Shown here: positions 35,872 to 50,000 of the stretch, one piece after another
How positions within the stretch are numbered: position 1 is the stretch's first letter
How the letters are laid out: every line of letters begins with the position of its first letter
From: Hyphochytrium catenoides
Lineage: Eukaryota; Protista; Hyphochytriomycota
Length of the DNA stretch: 64,000 nucleotides
NCBI GenBank assembly: GCA_900088475.1
Contig: FLMG01001299.1
Location: forward strand, 62,001 to 126,000
Reading direction: 5' to 3'
Translations under genes and position numbers: made by a program
Notes under the pieces: model-generated
Databases searched by the model: none
The model's input: the letters and a program-made list of their open reading frames with translations, nothing else
What the model was told of the DNA's origin: nothing

Positions 35872-38800
35872 CTATTGGAGTGTGCACGTCTTGCTCTGAG
35901 CCCTTTCTCGCTCAGCCTCTAGTCGTCTTGCCTCTTCCGCTGCCAGCTGAGTCCTCAGCTTCTGGAGTTCTGAGAGAAGTTGGTCTTCCCGCCTCTTGCT
36001 CTCCTCCATTTCGGCCTGCATATGCTGAATGGAAGTAGGAGTTCAGGTTGCAAGGCTTTCCAATGTCGGACTGGCCGTCGTGTCCATCCATCTCTCATCC
36101 CTCTATTGCGCGCTCTTCTTTTTCGTCGACTTCCGCTGCCCTTCTTCTTCAAGCACCATAGATGACTTCAAATGGATTGTAACTCCCTATTTCTACGTTA
36201 CAGTGTATGAAGCAGACATCGCTATGTTTACCTTTAAAGCCTCTTCTTTCTGCTTTAACGTCTCTCCGTGGCTGCTCTCCTTCTTCTCAAGCGTCGACTT
36301 CATGTTCTCTAGGTCGGCATGTTCCAAGTCCAGAAGGTGCCGAAGTTCCTGCAACTTGGCCTCCGATTCTTTGCGTAGCCTGTCCGCTTGCTGAGACTCA
36401 CAAAGAAAGGCTGTTTGCGTTTCCTCAAACTTCTCATGAAGAGAAGATAGGGCTTCCGCAGAAGTCTCAATAGGCATATCCAAGGGAGTGGAGAGATGTA
36501 AGGCCATTTCCTCAGCCTGTCCTGTCTCTGAAGGGTCGCCGCACAGGAGCTGCGGCAGGAGTGTGGGAATATGACGAGAGTAAATGATGATTAGTTCTGA
36601 CGGTTGAGGATACCAAGCGGCGGGAGGCCGACTCAAAGCACAAATTCGTATGGCATCCTGGAGCTAGGGATCAAAAACTGTACTACGAGGAACCAATATG
36701 TCCTACAGCTGAGATATACCTCCAGCGTCATTGTACCCGTCTCAATGTAGTTCACCAGTTCCTCGGTCACCAGTAACTCTCGCTTAGCGGTGTACTGGAA
36801 GTCGATGACCTTGTTCTGCAAATTTGAGCAGAGAGCCCTCTCTGTGCAAAAGCACTCTGGTACCGTGAAGAACTGAAAGCGGACATAAGGGTAGCAAAGG
36901 TGTGCGGAGGGCCCACCAGAGCCGCAATTGCGAGCAGAGGCAGGAAATGCACCCAGTTTGACCTTCGAGATGCAGAACTTCAGGGAGACTTGTGAACCGA
37001 TCAGGTCCTTGACTGAAGACTGCGAGAAGCGGTTGATCTCTGACGCCACTTTGAACTACATGGGAACGATAGATGGCTAAGTGACTAAGTAACGCAAAAA
37101 TGTAAATGCCGAATGATAGCATTCCTGGATCCAATTTGTAGAGCGAAGTTGCCTAAGAAATAGAAGCCTTACCTCGCCCTGTGGTGAGCGTATAAAAGGG
37201 GTGATTGAGAGGGATAAGGTCCCGACGGTTCTCCCTTCACGGTCCGTAAGAACTATCTCATCATTAATTTCTATCAGGTAGGAAAGCCTTTAATAGACGT
37301 CAAGTGATTGAGGTTAGGAACTGGGCTTTCGGGGATAACGAATGTAGGCTCAGACCAATGTAAAGAGACAGGCTATATCGTGGTGGTGAAAAAGCAGGTG
37401 CTATAGAGCTACGGATGCCGCTGAAAGGCGCAAAGCAATGAGCCATAACTGTATGCTTTAAAACGGCAAGCATATAGGAAAAATAGGCCAGGGAATCCTG
37501 ACCAAGCGATAAATCTCCACTTACGGCTCTAGGTGAACGATCGCCTCTGCAACGAGGATGTCTGCCCACTCAGGCCGGAACGGATCTAGCCCAGCCCAAT
37601 TTTGAGTCGCCTCACTCGATCCTCGGACCATTGCCTCTTCAAACATCAGCCGAAGAGATTCAAGACGAGAAAAGAATAGAAAGGGAGACCAGAGGAAAGT
37701 CCGGAGAGAGCTGCTGCTAATGTCTTGCAACCGGACTAAATAGGACTAGAACACAAGGACAACCAGAAGTTGGCAGTCATCAGCCCCGACAGGAAGGCAG
37801 GAGGCGACAACTAAGGTAAAGTAGAGAGGGGACGGTAGAACCATTTGGGCTACACGCGCCAATAAGGACTAGACAATGTGAAGGTACAAAAAGAGGGAAG
37901 GGCATAGAACCGGCGGAACAAGGTAGAGAAAGAAAATTAAGATACTCGGGTCCATGAAAAAGAACGCGATCTCTGTGTGCCCTTATATTTACATCTTTAG
38001 GTTTACCTCAGGCTCCACTGCAGAGACGAGGGACGCGGTGTGATTGCCTTGTAAGGCCGTAGAAAGGGCGTTGAAATGCGCCACATCCATCTGCATTCTC
38101 TCACTGGCATCACCTTCCCAGACATCGTCATAAAACGGATGGAGAGGTCTTCTGAAGGTGGGATTTTCTGCTTCCGAAAGGCAGACAGAAGAAGGCTGTT
38201 CCGACAGGCAAGAAGGGATAAAAGCAGTGATAATTGTGATAATGAGCCGGGATATAAGTCCACTGAGGAGAGAGTACACAGAAACAGAGAGCAACAAGGC
38301 CAGACTTTCAAACACTATCTCACTCTTGAAATGGCGTCCATCTTTTGCTTCTTATCCCCTCCAGGGTGTATCAGCAAAAGTGCCACTGATTGGCCTAGAG
38401 TGATGACATCGCCTGCCGTTCGTGTGATAGTCAGGTTAAGAAATGGGAGTTGATGTACACCATAGACCTGAGATGAAGGAGAGCAAAGTGATGCAGGTCG
38501 CCCTACCAAAATGTGTAGGCCAGTTCTTGGGAAAAGAAGTCTACTTCATGAGGGGACGAAAGGAGTGTGCACCGACAGGTCTTGGGGAAATGGCAAAGAA
38601 AGAGGACCATGATTGGTAACGACAGAATAGGAAACCGGACATGGTCGGCATGGTAAAGAGACATGAGTTCTACGCACCATCCTTGATCTCCTTAACGTCG
38701 TCGAGGCCCATAGACTCGCCATTGAGGGCAAGAGAGGTACCTTCAGCGCTGCGGAGCATGAGAACTGGAGGGACGAGAGCACAAAAACTTTAGATAGAAG

Positions 38801-41800
38801 AACAAGATTCGAAAAAGGGTACCACCAGTACGAGGTATCCAACTTGAGAGAGCGGAGTGGCAATCCCTGCAGCAGTGAAAGAAATGGCTGTTTGGGAAGA
38901 TCTATTGGGGTTGGGCCTTACCTTCTTTCCGCTCAATATAGCAATGCACACCCTGTATTCCCAGGGCTCTCAAGACAATATGCCTGGCTGCCTCGTCGCC
39001 ACTTTCCTCCTCAACCTCCTCTCCAAGTGCGGAGTTGGAGCCGATGACATTTGTCCCTAAAAAGGCAGGACGGGAGTTAAGGAGTCTGGCAGAGGTGACA
39101 GCTATGTAGTAGGTGTGGTGAGTCTGGCTGCGGAAAGAACTCTTCCGAGGTATAGGACTTTCCTGGGGCTATACGGAAAGCGACTCGTCCGTCCAGGACG
39201 GTGCTCCCCACGAGAGGGAAGAGTAAAGGTTCCGACTGGATTGTTAGTGGTACGAAGAGCCCCAATCTCCGATGAAATCGTCGCCTGCTGGCATTCTTAT
39301 CGTCTCCTAACGCCAGTCTATCGCGTATAGGAGTCTACCAGATGGTGGAGAGAGTTGGGACATTGTCTTAGCAGAGAATCAATAGGCTCGTACCACAACC
39401 ACGTCGGATATGTTCCTATCGCTCAAGATACGGCAGGTAGGAGAAGGAAATAGTGCTCAGCCGTGGCCAGAGGGCTCCACGTTACCTTCAACTCACGAAG
39501 AAGGTTAGAGGCCAGTGCCTTGGCTTTGTCCCTCGCTCTGCCTCGCTCACCAGGCGTCTGAATTGACCGCCTTGTCCCAGCAGTAGATTTCCTTCTCCCA
39601 TCGCCTCCTCCGTCACCTCCTCCAAGCTCTTCTAGGGTCTTCAAGTACTCAGAGAGACGAACTGTCACCAGCCTGGGGCCGAATTTTTAGCCCATCATTG
39701 GAACTCCAGGTAGACAAGCCAATAGGGATGCACCATAAAAAGCAGATAGAGGGAGAAAGTGTTGCCATTTAGTCTTTCATACCGTTCTCCTAACGCGGGC
39801 AACGGGAAAAGGACCCGGAGCCGCTGGGAATATTTAAGGGTTCGAGAAGTCTCCTAAATAGAGTGGCTTGTTAGATGCCAGAGGCTTTGAGGTCGTAAGT
39901 TCAAGACGAAGACATACCTGCTCACATTCTCCATCAGCAAGGATATGACTAAGGAAAAGCAACATGGACGAGCCTTCCAGGGCATCCTTCAACAGTTGGT
40001 CCTACATTATTAAGACAGAATTAGGAGAGGACCAGAGGATGGGACAAAAGTGCGAGGCAAGCTGAGCAGGCGCGAAGTATGCGAAGTTAGGCAGAAGAGA
40101 GTAGGAGGAAGAGGCAGATACACATACGCCAAGGACGGCCAGAGGCTTCTTACAGTCACACCTATGGGCTGAAATCTAGCTAAATAGTCAACAAGGAGAT
40201 ATAAATTGACCGGTTTGGTAAGAGCTAAAGATACCAGGAAAGATGGACCCAGCATCTCTTCCGTCCTTTGCACTGCCTTTAGACCAGCTTGTACCATGGA
40301 CCTCTGAGCCAGATATTGATGGATGGGCAGCATTTCCTGCCAAATAGCAACAGGACACGTTCGTGATGCAAAAACATGAAGAGAGAATTGAGAAAATAAA
40401 CACAGACGCGTCGTCAGCTTTGGGTTATGGAGGAAGTCAGTCGAGCCAGGCGCAGACCGTGAAAGTGGCAGAAGAGGCGAGAAGCAAAAAAAGAAGAGGC
40501 ATCGTTTGGACGCTGACATTTGAGGGAATCCTTGACTCTTACGGGTAACTCCTTATTCATAGAATTGCTGCGCCCCTTGTGCTCATCAGAGATAAGGGGC
40601 ATTGATTGACTAGAGGAAGAGCGATCGACGTTGATAGCATATGGGAGGGGGCAAGTGTTGGCAGGACTCTCAATGAAAACGAATCTAGATTGCATTCTTT
40701 CTTGAGGCGTCTCTCGCTCTCTCCTTGCGCAAGAGAGGATGACTGCTAGACTGAGGCGGTGCTCCATTATATCCCCAGCAAGCAGTTGGAGAAACAGTTC
40801 AGCAAAGCCGTCATCTACAACCTAAAAAGATAATATAGAACGGAATGGAAGGGTCCGTTTCAAATTAAAAGCCAGATCTGTGAAGGCAAAACAAAGCAGG
40901 ACGGTAGCCTTCTTTCAAAGAGACAACTATAGTGGATAAGCATGAAGCTAGACACCTGTTGTTGACGGACAGCCAAGAGACAGCGAGGGGGCTAGACCCG
41001 GAACATATAAGGGAGATGAGAGGATGCAGAATGAGGGAGTGAATCCTTGACACCTTGATCGCCTCGCTATAGCTCCCAACTGTGATGGACTCTGCTCCTT
41101 CTACAACGGAGCCCACAGGGGGACATGTCGTCACCCTGATTGACTCATTTGATGAAAAGAGAGATCCTGTTCCCTTGGGCTGCTGACTCGCTTCTTTCCC
41201 GGATTCTGCTTTCAGGAGATCATGCGTGTGACCGTTATAAAGGGAGAGCATGGTGATATCGAGAGTCATTTGTTCCTCTTCTCCTCCTCCACTTTCGCGT
41301 GAAAAAATTTCTTCCAAGAAGATCTGCAGAAGCCCTGGTTCGCATCCATATCGACCCCAAAGAGTGGTCGACTTTCCTGCGCGATGCTGGGATCACCCAG
41401 AAATGAGAGAGAGACGCTGAGAGGAGAATGCAACACCATAAACGGATAATCCCATAGCAATGGCTGAGACATAATATCACTAGGCGACCATTCAATGGCG
41501 AAGGTCAAACGAGATAGAAAGCACATTTTCAAGAAAGAGGAAGGCTTACCTGTCCGTAGGCCAGGATTGTGACATTCCTTCCTAAAATGTTGCGGGTTAG
41601 CGGGCCCTTGTTAGGAAAGGAGGAACACAAAGACCACTAGTGGAAGTGCAGCAGAGTTTCATACAGAGCCAGTATGTGCAGTCGTGCAAAAGGACACAGA
41701 AGGTGGCAGGATCAAAGAGACGCTCGAAGCCAAGGAGAACAATCTACCCGATGCACAGGCCGCCCATAGCACGGGAGATATATCCACCCAAAGCGAGTGG

Positions 41801-42446
41801 ACGGATCCTCTCTCCTTATTCTGTCTCTCTCCTTTCTCCTGTCTAGCTTCCTCTTCCTCGCTTTCCTCGATATCTTCTCTCTGCTCCCAGACCCAATCAA
41901 AATAATACTTTTGCCCTCGCTTGTTGGCCTTCCCTTCAGAGTCATTGGGGCGGAGTATACAAACGTTGCCATCGACCTCCAGACAGCTACGAAGAGAGAA
42001 GAAACAGCCGGAGCAGGTGCCAAGACAAAGGAATAGATGGGAGACCAAGGCAGCGAACCTTAGTGCGAGATGACACGAGGAATAGTCGACGACAAAGGGG
42101 AGGACAGTCGAGCAGAGAATGGCTTCTTGATCAAGTCAGAGACGCAAGGCGGGGTAAGACTATGACAACGGACACCAGAAAGGCGCCCCTAGGCGAGCTT
42201 CTGCAGAGAACGCGACAAGTCACTTGGACATAGAGACGCGGACCGAATGGGAGGAGGATGTGGCGTTGAGAGACAGAAGGGCGAAAACAGAGAGAGAGAA
42301 GAAGGGAAGGGAGGGAGGAAAGATGTGGAACTCAGGAGGAAAGCTTGAGGTCCATACCGCTTCCTTGTCTGCTTTTTATTTCGGAGCCCATATTGGCGAA
42401 CTCTCGCCCCGAGATAGACTCTTTGGCTGTCTAAGTCGCTAACCAT
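35872..42446 (-). CDS. Divergent kinesin-like protein (KIF28/KLP-6-like tail, degenerate motor, C-terminal CaaX), multi-exon
   Basis: RVYLGARVRQ; KYYFDWVW; spliced P-loop NVTILAYGQ/HRAGKSTTLWG; ITMLSLYNGHTHDLL; DQLLKDALEGSSMLLFLSHI; tail DPFRPEWADILVAEAIVHLEP and VTEELVNYIETGTMTLEVY; coiled coil; last exon ends ...SKTCTLQ* at 35872. Confidence 0.75.
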
Positions 42447-44009
42447 CGCGCGCTCTATCACTCACTCCACAGTGAGTGAGAGACAGCAGACGACAAATGG
42501 GAAGAAAGCAAGTCGCCAGCAGAGACGGCAGACTTTCTGCTTTTCTTAGATTGGATGGTCACTTCACCATCGTCTGCTCTTTCATAGCGTGAAGGTGAAG
42601 GTCCCCACCACCCATAAAGTAGAGGATCCTTTAGTGTGCTCTTCCGCCTGCATCTTGGCCCCTCGGTCAGCTTTACTCATAACCCGCGATGATGGTTGAA
42701 TATAATCTCTCCTCCTCCGTGATCCCCCGGCTTGGATTCCTCAGCTGAGCGTGTAGTAGTCCTCCTTATCGTACAATCCCGGCTATTAGCAACGCCTTAT
42801 CCCTCTTAACTGAAGCCTGCGGGCCCTTTCTCCTCTCTGTCTCGTCGTCTCTCTCGCTCTCTCTCTCTCTTTCCCAGCTCAATCACTCTCGTCCGCACGT
42901 GCCTCTCTCTTTCCTTTTTCTTGAGCTTCTCTTTCGCTCTGCGCTCTGTCTCCATCACCATCCGCTCTTGGCCTGCCCGTGAGCGCATCGGAGGCCGCGG
43001 CCGCGGCCGCTCCGTTGAGAGGCGAGCAGGAGAGACGATCAGAAAAGTGATCAGACGAAAGGGCACAGATTTACGTGCAGAAATCCCCCTGGAGCTTTCA
43101 AACGAGCAAGCCGTTTTGCTAGTTCAGTCACTGTGTCAGGGCGGCAGAAGCGTTAAAAGGGCGAGCAGATGAAAAGCTTCAAACGTTAATTTTGGGGAGG
43201 TTCTGATGGATCTGCATTATCACTTCTGAAGATCATTGCCTTTGGCTTTCCAACGGCCGGCGGAGTGAAGGAGTCGAGCTGTATCGCCAGTCGCCAAGCG
43301 CTGTCTATGCTTCACACAGAGTCCCATGTCGTGAGGTTGCCATCATGAGACTTACCACTTGGCTGGTGTGCGCTATTCACAATCTCACTCGCGCCACCTC
43401 TCGGATGCAAGTGGACGACAAACTGCAGTGGCTAGTCACCATGGTCCAGTGAGCAACTTCGCTCCTCTGCTTTGCTCGGACGAGCTACCGCGCTCAACTA
43501 TATCTCGCTTGGATATTCGCTTATCTCAGCAGATTGGTTACAAGGGACTCCGCAGTCTCTAATGCCATGCAGTGCGCAATTATCGCTCGTTTGTGTGCCA
43601 CAATTGGGTGTACTCAAGGCGAAGTCTCAATAGCAAGAGGGTAAACACACCGTCTGGATGGGTGGAATCTGGTCCCAACTGAACAGTCCATCAATGCGGC
43701 TCTTCCTTGATGCACTAAGGTGAACTAAGAGTAGAAAGGTTGCCCAAGAGAAAGCATCATGGTACCTCCTATGTGTGATAAAGTCTATTGCCTAATTAAC
43801 TTTATAATAATGAGCTCTAGCGCCTTCAGTATCGCCCCGTGCAGCTAGTAGAGGAAGAAAGTTGGGCGCCGACGCTTACTTCTCATGGGATGAGAATGGA
43901 CCAGAGAGGAAGTCATTAAGAGACCCAGGGAGGGAGAGACAAAAAGAGAGAGAGAACTATTTGACAGATTTGGGCAGCCTACTTGCGGCGATCCTCTCTC
44001 TTCGCTAGC

Positions 44010-47000
44010 TTACAACTGCGCATGCTCTCCAACGATGCGTTGGCCAGAGCCAACTTCTCCAGGAGGAGTCTCAATGACTGCAATATCTGTCGAGAGTCGA
44101 CCAAACGGCATACTGGGAACAAAGGTCCGGCTCTTTCTCGAAGAAGTTATCCTTGTCGGTAGTTTCCTCTCACTTGTTCTTTCGGACGATCTTCTGGTAC
44201 TAGTGCTTCGCCCCATAGGAGAAGAGAGCTTTTCTCGAAGAAGAGAAGAGTGCCGCACGTTGCTGCGTCTTCCAGTCCCTACTGATACCATGTCAAGAGA
44301 GACTCGTCCTAGGTCGCCATCCGTTACTCCACTCGTCCTCAGAGGAGTCTCGAGTCCGATCCACTCCGTCTCCCCGCAATCAAAGAATGAGTCATCGCGA
44401 GGCTTATAACTCACTGCCCCAGGGTAGATGCTCGCAATGGAAGAGGAGAGACGCTCTCTACCGCTCATTCTGCTCTTCCTACTGGGCCTCCCAGCGGCAG
44501 CAGGGCTCCTGCCCGTCAAGTAAGAAAGGCGCGGGTTGGTGTAGGAGCTACGGCTTCTTGGGATTGAACTGCGAAGTTCTGCTCCGGAAGTGATCGAGCT
44601 CCGTCTGAGCTCAACCTGAGATCTAAAGAGGCTATCTGCATTCGGGTTTCTGGCGATCGTCATTGAGAACTTATCAAGCTCTCCCATCATGCTTGCCCGC
44701 TCCTCATATGGTTGAATCGTGCTCAGAATCCAGGCAAACTCTTCCTCTGGACCGCCGGCCTGCTCAGCGGCACTGGTGACGTCTCTTCTCGCCAAGCGGA
44801 CTTGGCTCATCCTATTGGCTATCCAGAGTTGCTGTTCGTGGTTAGAGCAGTATCTTCCTATCGAGAAGAACTTGATCAGCGTCTCTCTATACAGCGAGCC
44901 CCAGCGCTGTCTAAGAGCTGTGACAGCTGGATCCAGCAGACGTGCTGTTAGCTTCTCTGCCGTCCACTCGCCAGAGTTCCAGTCTATGGCAGGGAGGCCG
45001 CCTCCCAACTCACAGATGGTCGAAGAACATGCGAGCACCTCCAGTTGAGCTCTTCCAAGGGCGAGAGGCTCTACCGGCGGGACTACGCCGCCAAAGTTGC
45101 CAACAAGATCCTTCGTTCCACCTGCGTCCGTGGCCGCAATAGGTAGCCCTGCCAGCCCTGCTTCTATAATGGCCATAGGTAAACCCTCCGAGATAGAAGA
45201 GTTAACAAATATGTCTCCCTGTGCCAGTACTTCTAAAGGCTTTGCCAAGCCCATCAGAGAGACGTGCTGGGCTAAGTCTAGGTCGCTTATTGCTTTTTCA
45301 CAGAGCGCTGTGTATGCCAGATCCTTCGTCTTCGAGCCATAGATGAACAAGCGATAGCACTTGATGCCGTGAATGTTAACAATGGCATTTGCTGCATAGA
45401 TGGCGTTCATAATATCCTTCAGCCTGTAGACATGAGACAGCATCACCGCGGTGACGTAAGCATCGTCCCTGTTCTGCCAGGTGTTCAGTTTGATGTGTGC
45501 GGAGTTTTGCCCGTTGACAATTGGAGAGATACTCCTTTGCATCTCAACTCTCTCTGCTGGAGAAGAGTACTCTGTCCCGATAATTCTCTTTTCCCAATCC
45601 ACATTGCTACTAACATTGCACGGGGCCACAATGTCTGCTTTCCATAACACTACCTTGGAGCACAGCCGGATCAGCCCCAGCAAAGCGCTTCGTACAAAGA
45701 GACTCTCAGAGTGCAATTCGGAGACTGCCAAAGCTCTCTCTCTCCATAGAATGCCGTGGTCCCATACAACGAGGCTCCAGCCTGCTAACTGCTTGGCAAT
45801 CACACCCAAAAGGCCCTGAGGACCGTGATGGGAGCAATGCATCATCCCGGTATTATCCCGGTTCAGCGTAGGGAATGGTACTTGCAGGCACATCAAGTGG
45901 CAAACCCAGAGCTCTAGAGCACGGTCCAGGTCAGCCAGAGCTGGAGGCTCAGCCTCGTAAGCCCTGTAGCCAGAGGGAGGGAGGAGCCATTGCCTTGACC
46001 AGCATTCATGCACAGCTCCATTGGACCAAGTCTTCTCCCAATCAAAGACAGTAAAGTAGACATAAAGCTCCGTGAATGCTTCAGCCGCATCTTCAATATC
46101 GCTGATGGAGATCTCATGAGCTCTTGAGAGCTCGATGATCCTCGCAAAAGCAGGGCAAAAGCGCTCTTGCGTGATCTCCATTGTAGTTCTATGGCTCTTG
46201 ACACTCACCGTGAGAGCAGATTGGAAGGCCAAGAAGTTCTCCAGCGCTCCACCCAGGTTAGGGCTCCATAGAGGTGTCACTAGCAGCTGGCTGACGTTAG
46301 GTTCTATCTTCTCGTTGGGAGGAATTGGTGCGATCCACCCCGCCTCTGCAATGGCATGCCAGCGTATTCTCTCCATAGTGCCCTGCACCAATTGACCGCG
46401 ACAAGTAGCCACACCTCCCCCATTTAAGGGCCACGTACCGGAGTCTAAGCAGACGACGTGCAGTTTAGAGGTGTCTGTCCGCCGTACGATGCTCTCATGG
46501 ATGTTCCAGTTACCAGCTGTGGCCCCTCCTCTGGCGAACTGTCTCAGATCATCCCACTGCGTCAACTCATAGACGTTTGTCTCTGCAAGGGCAACTTCGA
46601 TAGTATCCTGAAGAAGGAATATCTCATCCAATGCTTCCTGAAAGCGCCCTGAGTAGCGAAGAGAGAAATAGTACAGGAGAGACGGCTCCCGCTCAAGAAG
46701 CCAGAGCTCCAGACACTCTGCAGTCGTGGCGGGGATAGCTTTAGAAGTCATAAACTCTACCAGAGCTTTTCTGCTTGTCTGAAGCCACTCCAGGTCAAAT
46801 GACCTCCCTCCTTCCAGATCTCGTCCACTCTGTCTCTCGCCTTCTCCCACCACCGAGACAATCTCTGCTCTTCCCCCTTCCCCTGGAGGGGTGACAACAG
46901 CCTCCTCAGTGCTCTGCAGCTTTTTTCTCCTGGAAAGGCACGGCAGAGAGAAGAAAGAGCGACGGGTGGTATCTACAACTTTCTTTCCTCTCCCGCTGAC

Positions 47001-50000
47001 CCTCTTACTAACGAGACTAGGCTGTGGTCTAACCTTAGCGAAGAACTCTTCAACGAATGGGTCTCCAGACCAGATGAGCCAGTCCATCAATAACCATCGG
47101 ATCACCGACGCGAACCGATGAAGCATACAGAGAGTCTTCTTCGCTGCTTTGCCTATCTTTCTTCCTCCTTCCCTTTCTACCTCGAAGAGATCCTGAGAGA
47201 AGCAAACGTCTCCGCAAAAAGTGGCGAAGACGAGCGGAAGCCATGGATTCACCTCTTTCACTGCCTCTTTGAATAGCTGGTCTTTGTGCTGAACAATCCA
47301 TTTGGTATTTTGCATAGAAGAGGCCCATTTGCTGCTTCCTAGTTGGCTCTCCACACCGACGGGTATCACGTTGCTTACGAGCCTCTTAGCGGCCTCTTCC
47401 ATTACGCAGAGGGAGAGGCCAACCCGTAGAGAGAGGCGCGTCGCCGCACTCTGAATGTGCCTCTCAAATGCCTCAGGAGAATAAAGATATTTGTCCTCAG
47501 ATTGGTGGAGCTCTGCCCACGTCTCCCTAAAGATTCTAAAGTCCTTGCAACCGATAAGTTGGCACAATTCCTCACTGCTTTGGATCACAGAAGACACATC
47601 GGAGCTGACATCATCAGTGGGCAGGCGGTAGATCAAGCGGATGGCCATCTCTCTGGCCGAGGGTGAGAGGGCCATCCACCTTCCAGAGTTGACGGAAGAG
47701 CAGGATAGCACACTGGCCGCGCAGGAAGGAGTGCGATCAATGAAGGAGAGAAGTGCCGAGGCGTCTGACCACCTGTTCACCTGTACCAGCATGCGAGACG
47801 GAAGTAGAGCAGCCTCGGACCGCGGAAGGGAGAGAGCGGCTGGGGCGAAGAGCTCCGCCAAGACGCCCAGATGATGCCTCCCCGTCTCCTCCTCTAAGGA
47901 TTCGTGGATCACTGCCTCCATCCGGGTCAGCTCATTCTCAAACACTGTCTTCGCCATATATAGAAACATCTCCTTTTCTCTCTCGCGGACAGCCAAATGT
48001 CTATGACTCAGCAGACAGCTATCTGGGACCACAGCAACCTTCCAGGTGTACCTCTTTCCCTTTAAAAGACCATCATAATCCCTTAGGGCTGTTTCCACTA
48101 TGGGTGGAAGTAGTGAAGGGCCAGAAGGGAGCTCCCATGTGACCTCTTGAACTATAACGTTCTCTTTCTCTGATTGTTCGGCAAGCCAACCCCTACAAGC
48201 CTTAAGAGCTAGACTTTCCGGCCGTGATAAGAACGTTTTATCTATCCCTAGGAATCGCTGCCCACTGTGGCCAATGTCAGGGTTTGCCATCAGAAGACCG
48301 GTTGATAAGCCATTGTTATACATGAGAGAGTGCATCCCTCGCATCAAGATGAACGAGAGAAGAGCGTACAGCACCCCTGTGATAGGAAGGGCAGTGAACG
48401 AAAGATCCCAGCACGGCCCAGGACTGGTTGGAGAGAGACAATCAGGAGCATTTACCACGTAGGAAAGAACGACATTGGCGACAACTCCTCCACTTAGCCC
48501 TATCAGGGTAGAGATGGCGGCCAGAGCGATGCATCGTCCCTCATAAGCCTTTCCTATGCAAATCTTGTGTACGAGACCAAATAGGATACCGGTATATCCC
48601 ACCAATTTAGAGGCGAAGAGCGTGATAGAGTACCATGACCAGTCTCTCGCAGCTAATAGGGCCAGCAAAATCACACCTCCTCCAACCGCAAGGCACACGT
48701 AGCCAAAGGAGGCCATCGCTTCGTGATACCAGCTTTCGAGGAATTTAGTCCCTCTTTTCGTAGCTTCTTCTACGGCTTCATAGGTGTCAGAACGCACGTG
48801 CAGCCAGTCTGCCCTCTTGGCATGCCGGATCAGGTAAACACTTTCCAACGCTACAGAGCAGAAAATCAAATAGACGACTGACATAAAGTCTGCAAAAGGC
48901 GCGTTGGGATCTGACACAGGGGCGCCATATCGGGTCCAAGCTCTGAGAAGAAGGTCTGACATGATCATAACCATGTACACTGTGCCAAACACTGCGTCGT
49001 TTTTGATCAGGTTCCAGAGGGTGCGAGCCATCTCCATACGAACCATAGCATTCTTTTCCAGAAGGGATATCTGGCTTCGTACCTGTGCCAGAAGAGAGGG
49101 ATTCATTAGCAACTGAGGCAAAGAAGACAAAGATGCGGAGGACAGATAGAAATGAGAAAAGCCAAGCGCAAGGAAAGCAAGAGAAGTTGCCAGAAAGCCA
49201 CCGCAAAGGTTATGTTGGGCGAGCAAGTATAGCCAAGGAACTGAGCTTGCTCTCAATGACAAAAAAAGGCCGAAACAGAAGCGATCAAATGCAGCAGACC
49301 TCAAGAACCTCACAGAACAGATAATACAGAAAGGAGAAATAGCCAACTTCCTCGCAGCTAAGTTGCACCTACCAGGTACTCATCCCAAAGAGAAGTGTCT
49401 CTTTCAGGCATGTCCAAGCCTCTGACAATGCAGTCATACTGGATCAAATAGAACTCCATGTCGCGGTCGAGGAAGCCCCAACGGCGCTTAAACAACAGTT
49501 TGTCTGTCATCCAGAGCCCTTTCCGCAGCTTTTCATAGAATAAACTCTTAGCTTCCACCTCTGTTAGCGTGGGATGCCTCTCATACCATTGCTTCCATTC
49601 GACGTCAGTCAGAGTAACAACTGTGCCTTTCCTAATTGAGTCCTTAAACCGCTTGATATTCCGCAGCCAACCCCAGATAAGGAGAAGCATGAAGAGAGAG
49701 AGTCCGGAGAAGTAGACAATCACATCCGCTGTCTTAGAAAGGACGCCACACTCATGAAGGATTGGCGACACTAGAAGGAGAGAGGTGGCGAATATGACAA
49801 TTCTACCTCCGAACGTGCTCCAGTGTCTTCCACCGTTTGTGGCGCTGATCAAAGAAAGGAGCATCACATAGACGCCCGCTATTCCAAAGCCGCCAATGAA
49901 AACGAGTGACTCTATTGGTGTCCAAACTGAGAGCGAGATAAGGAAAAGGAGGGGCAGAAGGAAGGCGTTGAAGATGAGGAAGACTGTCATCACGAGCACT

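Noticed and set aside
49346-49372. Programmed frameshift or stop-codon readthrough joining the two giant ORFs
   Set aside because: The ORFs are in different frames, but a canonical phase-0 GT-AG intron (49372-49083) with branch point and pyrimidine tract joins them simply.
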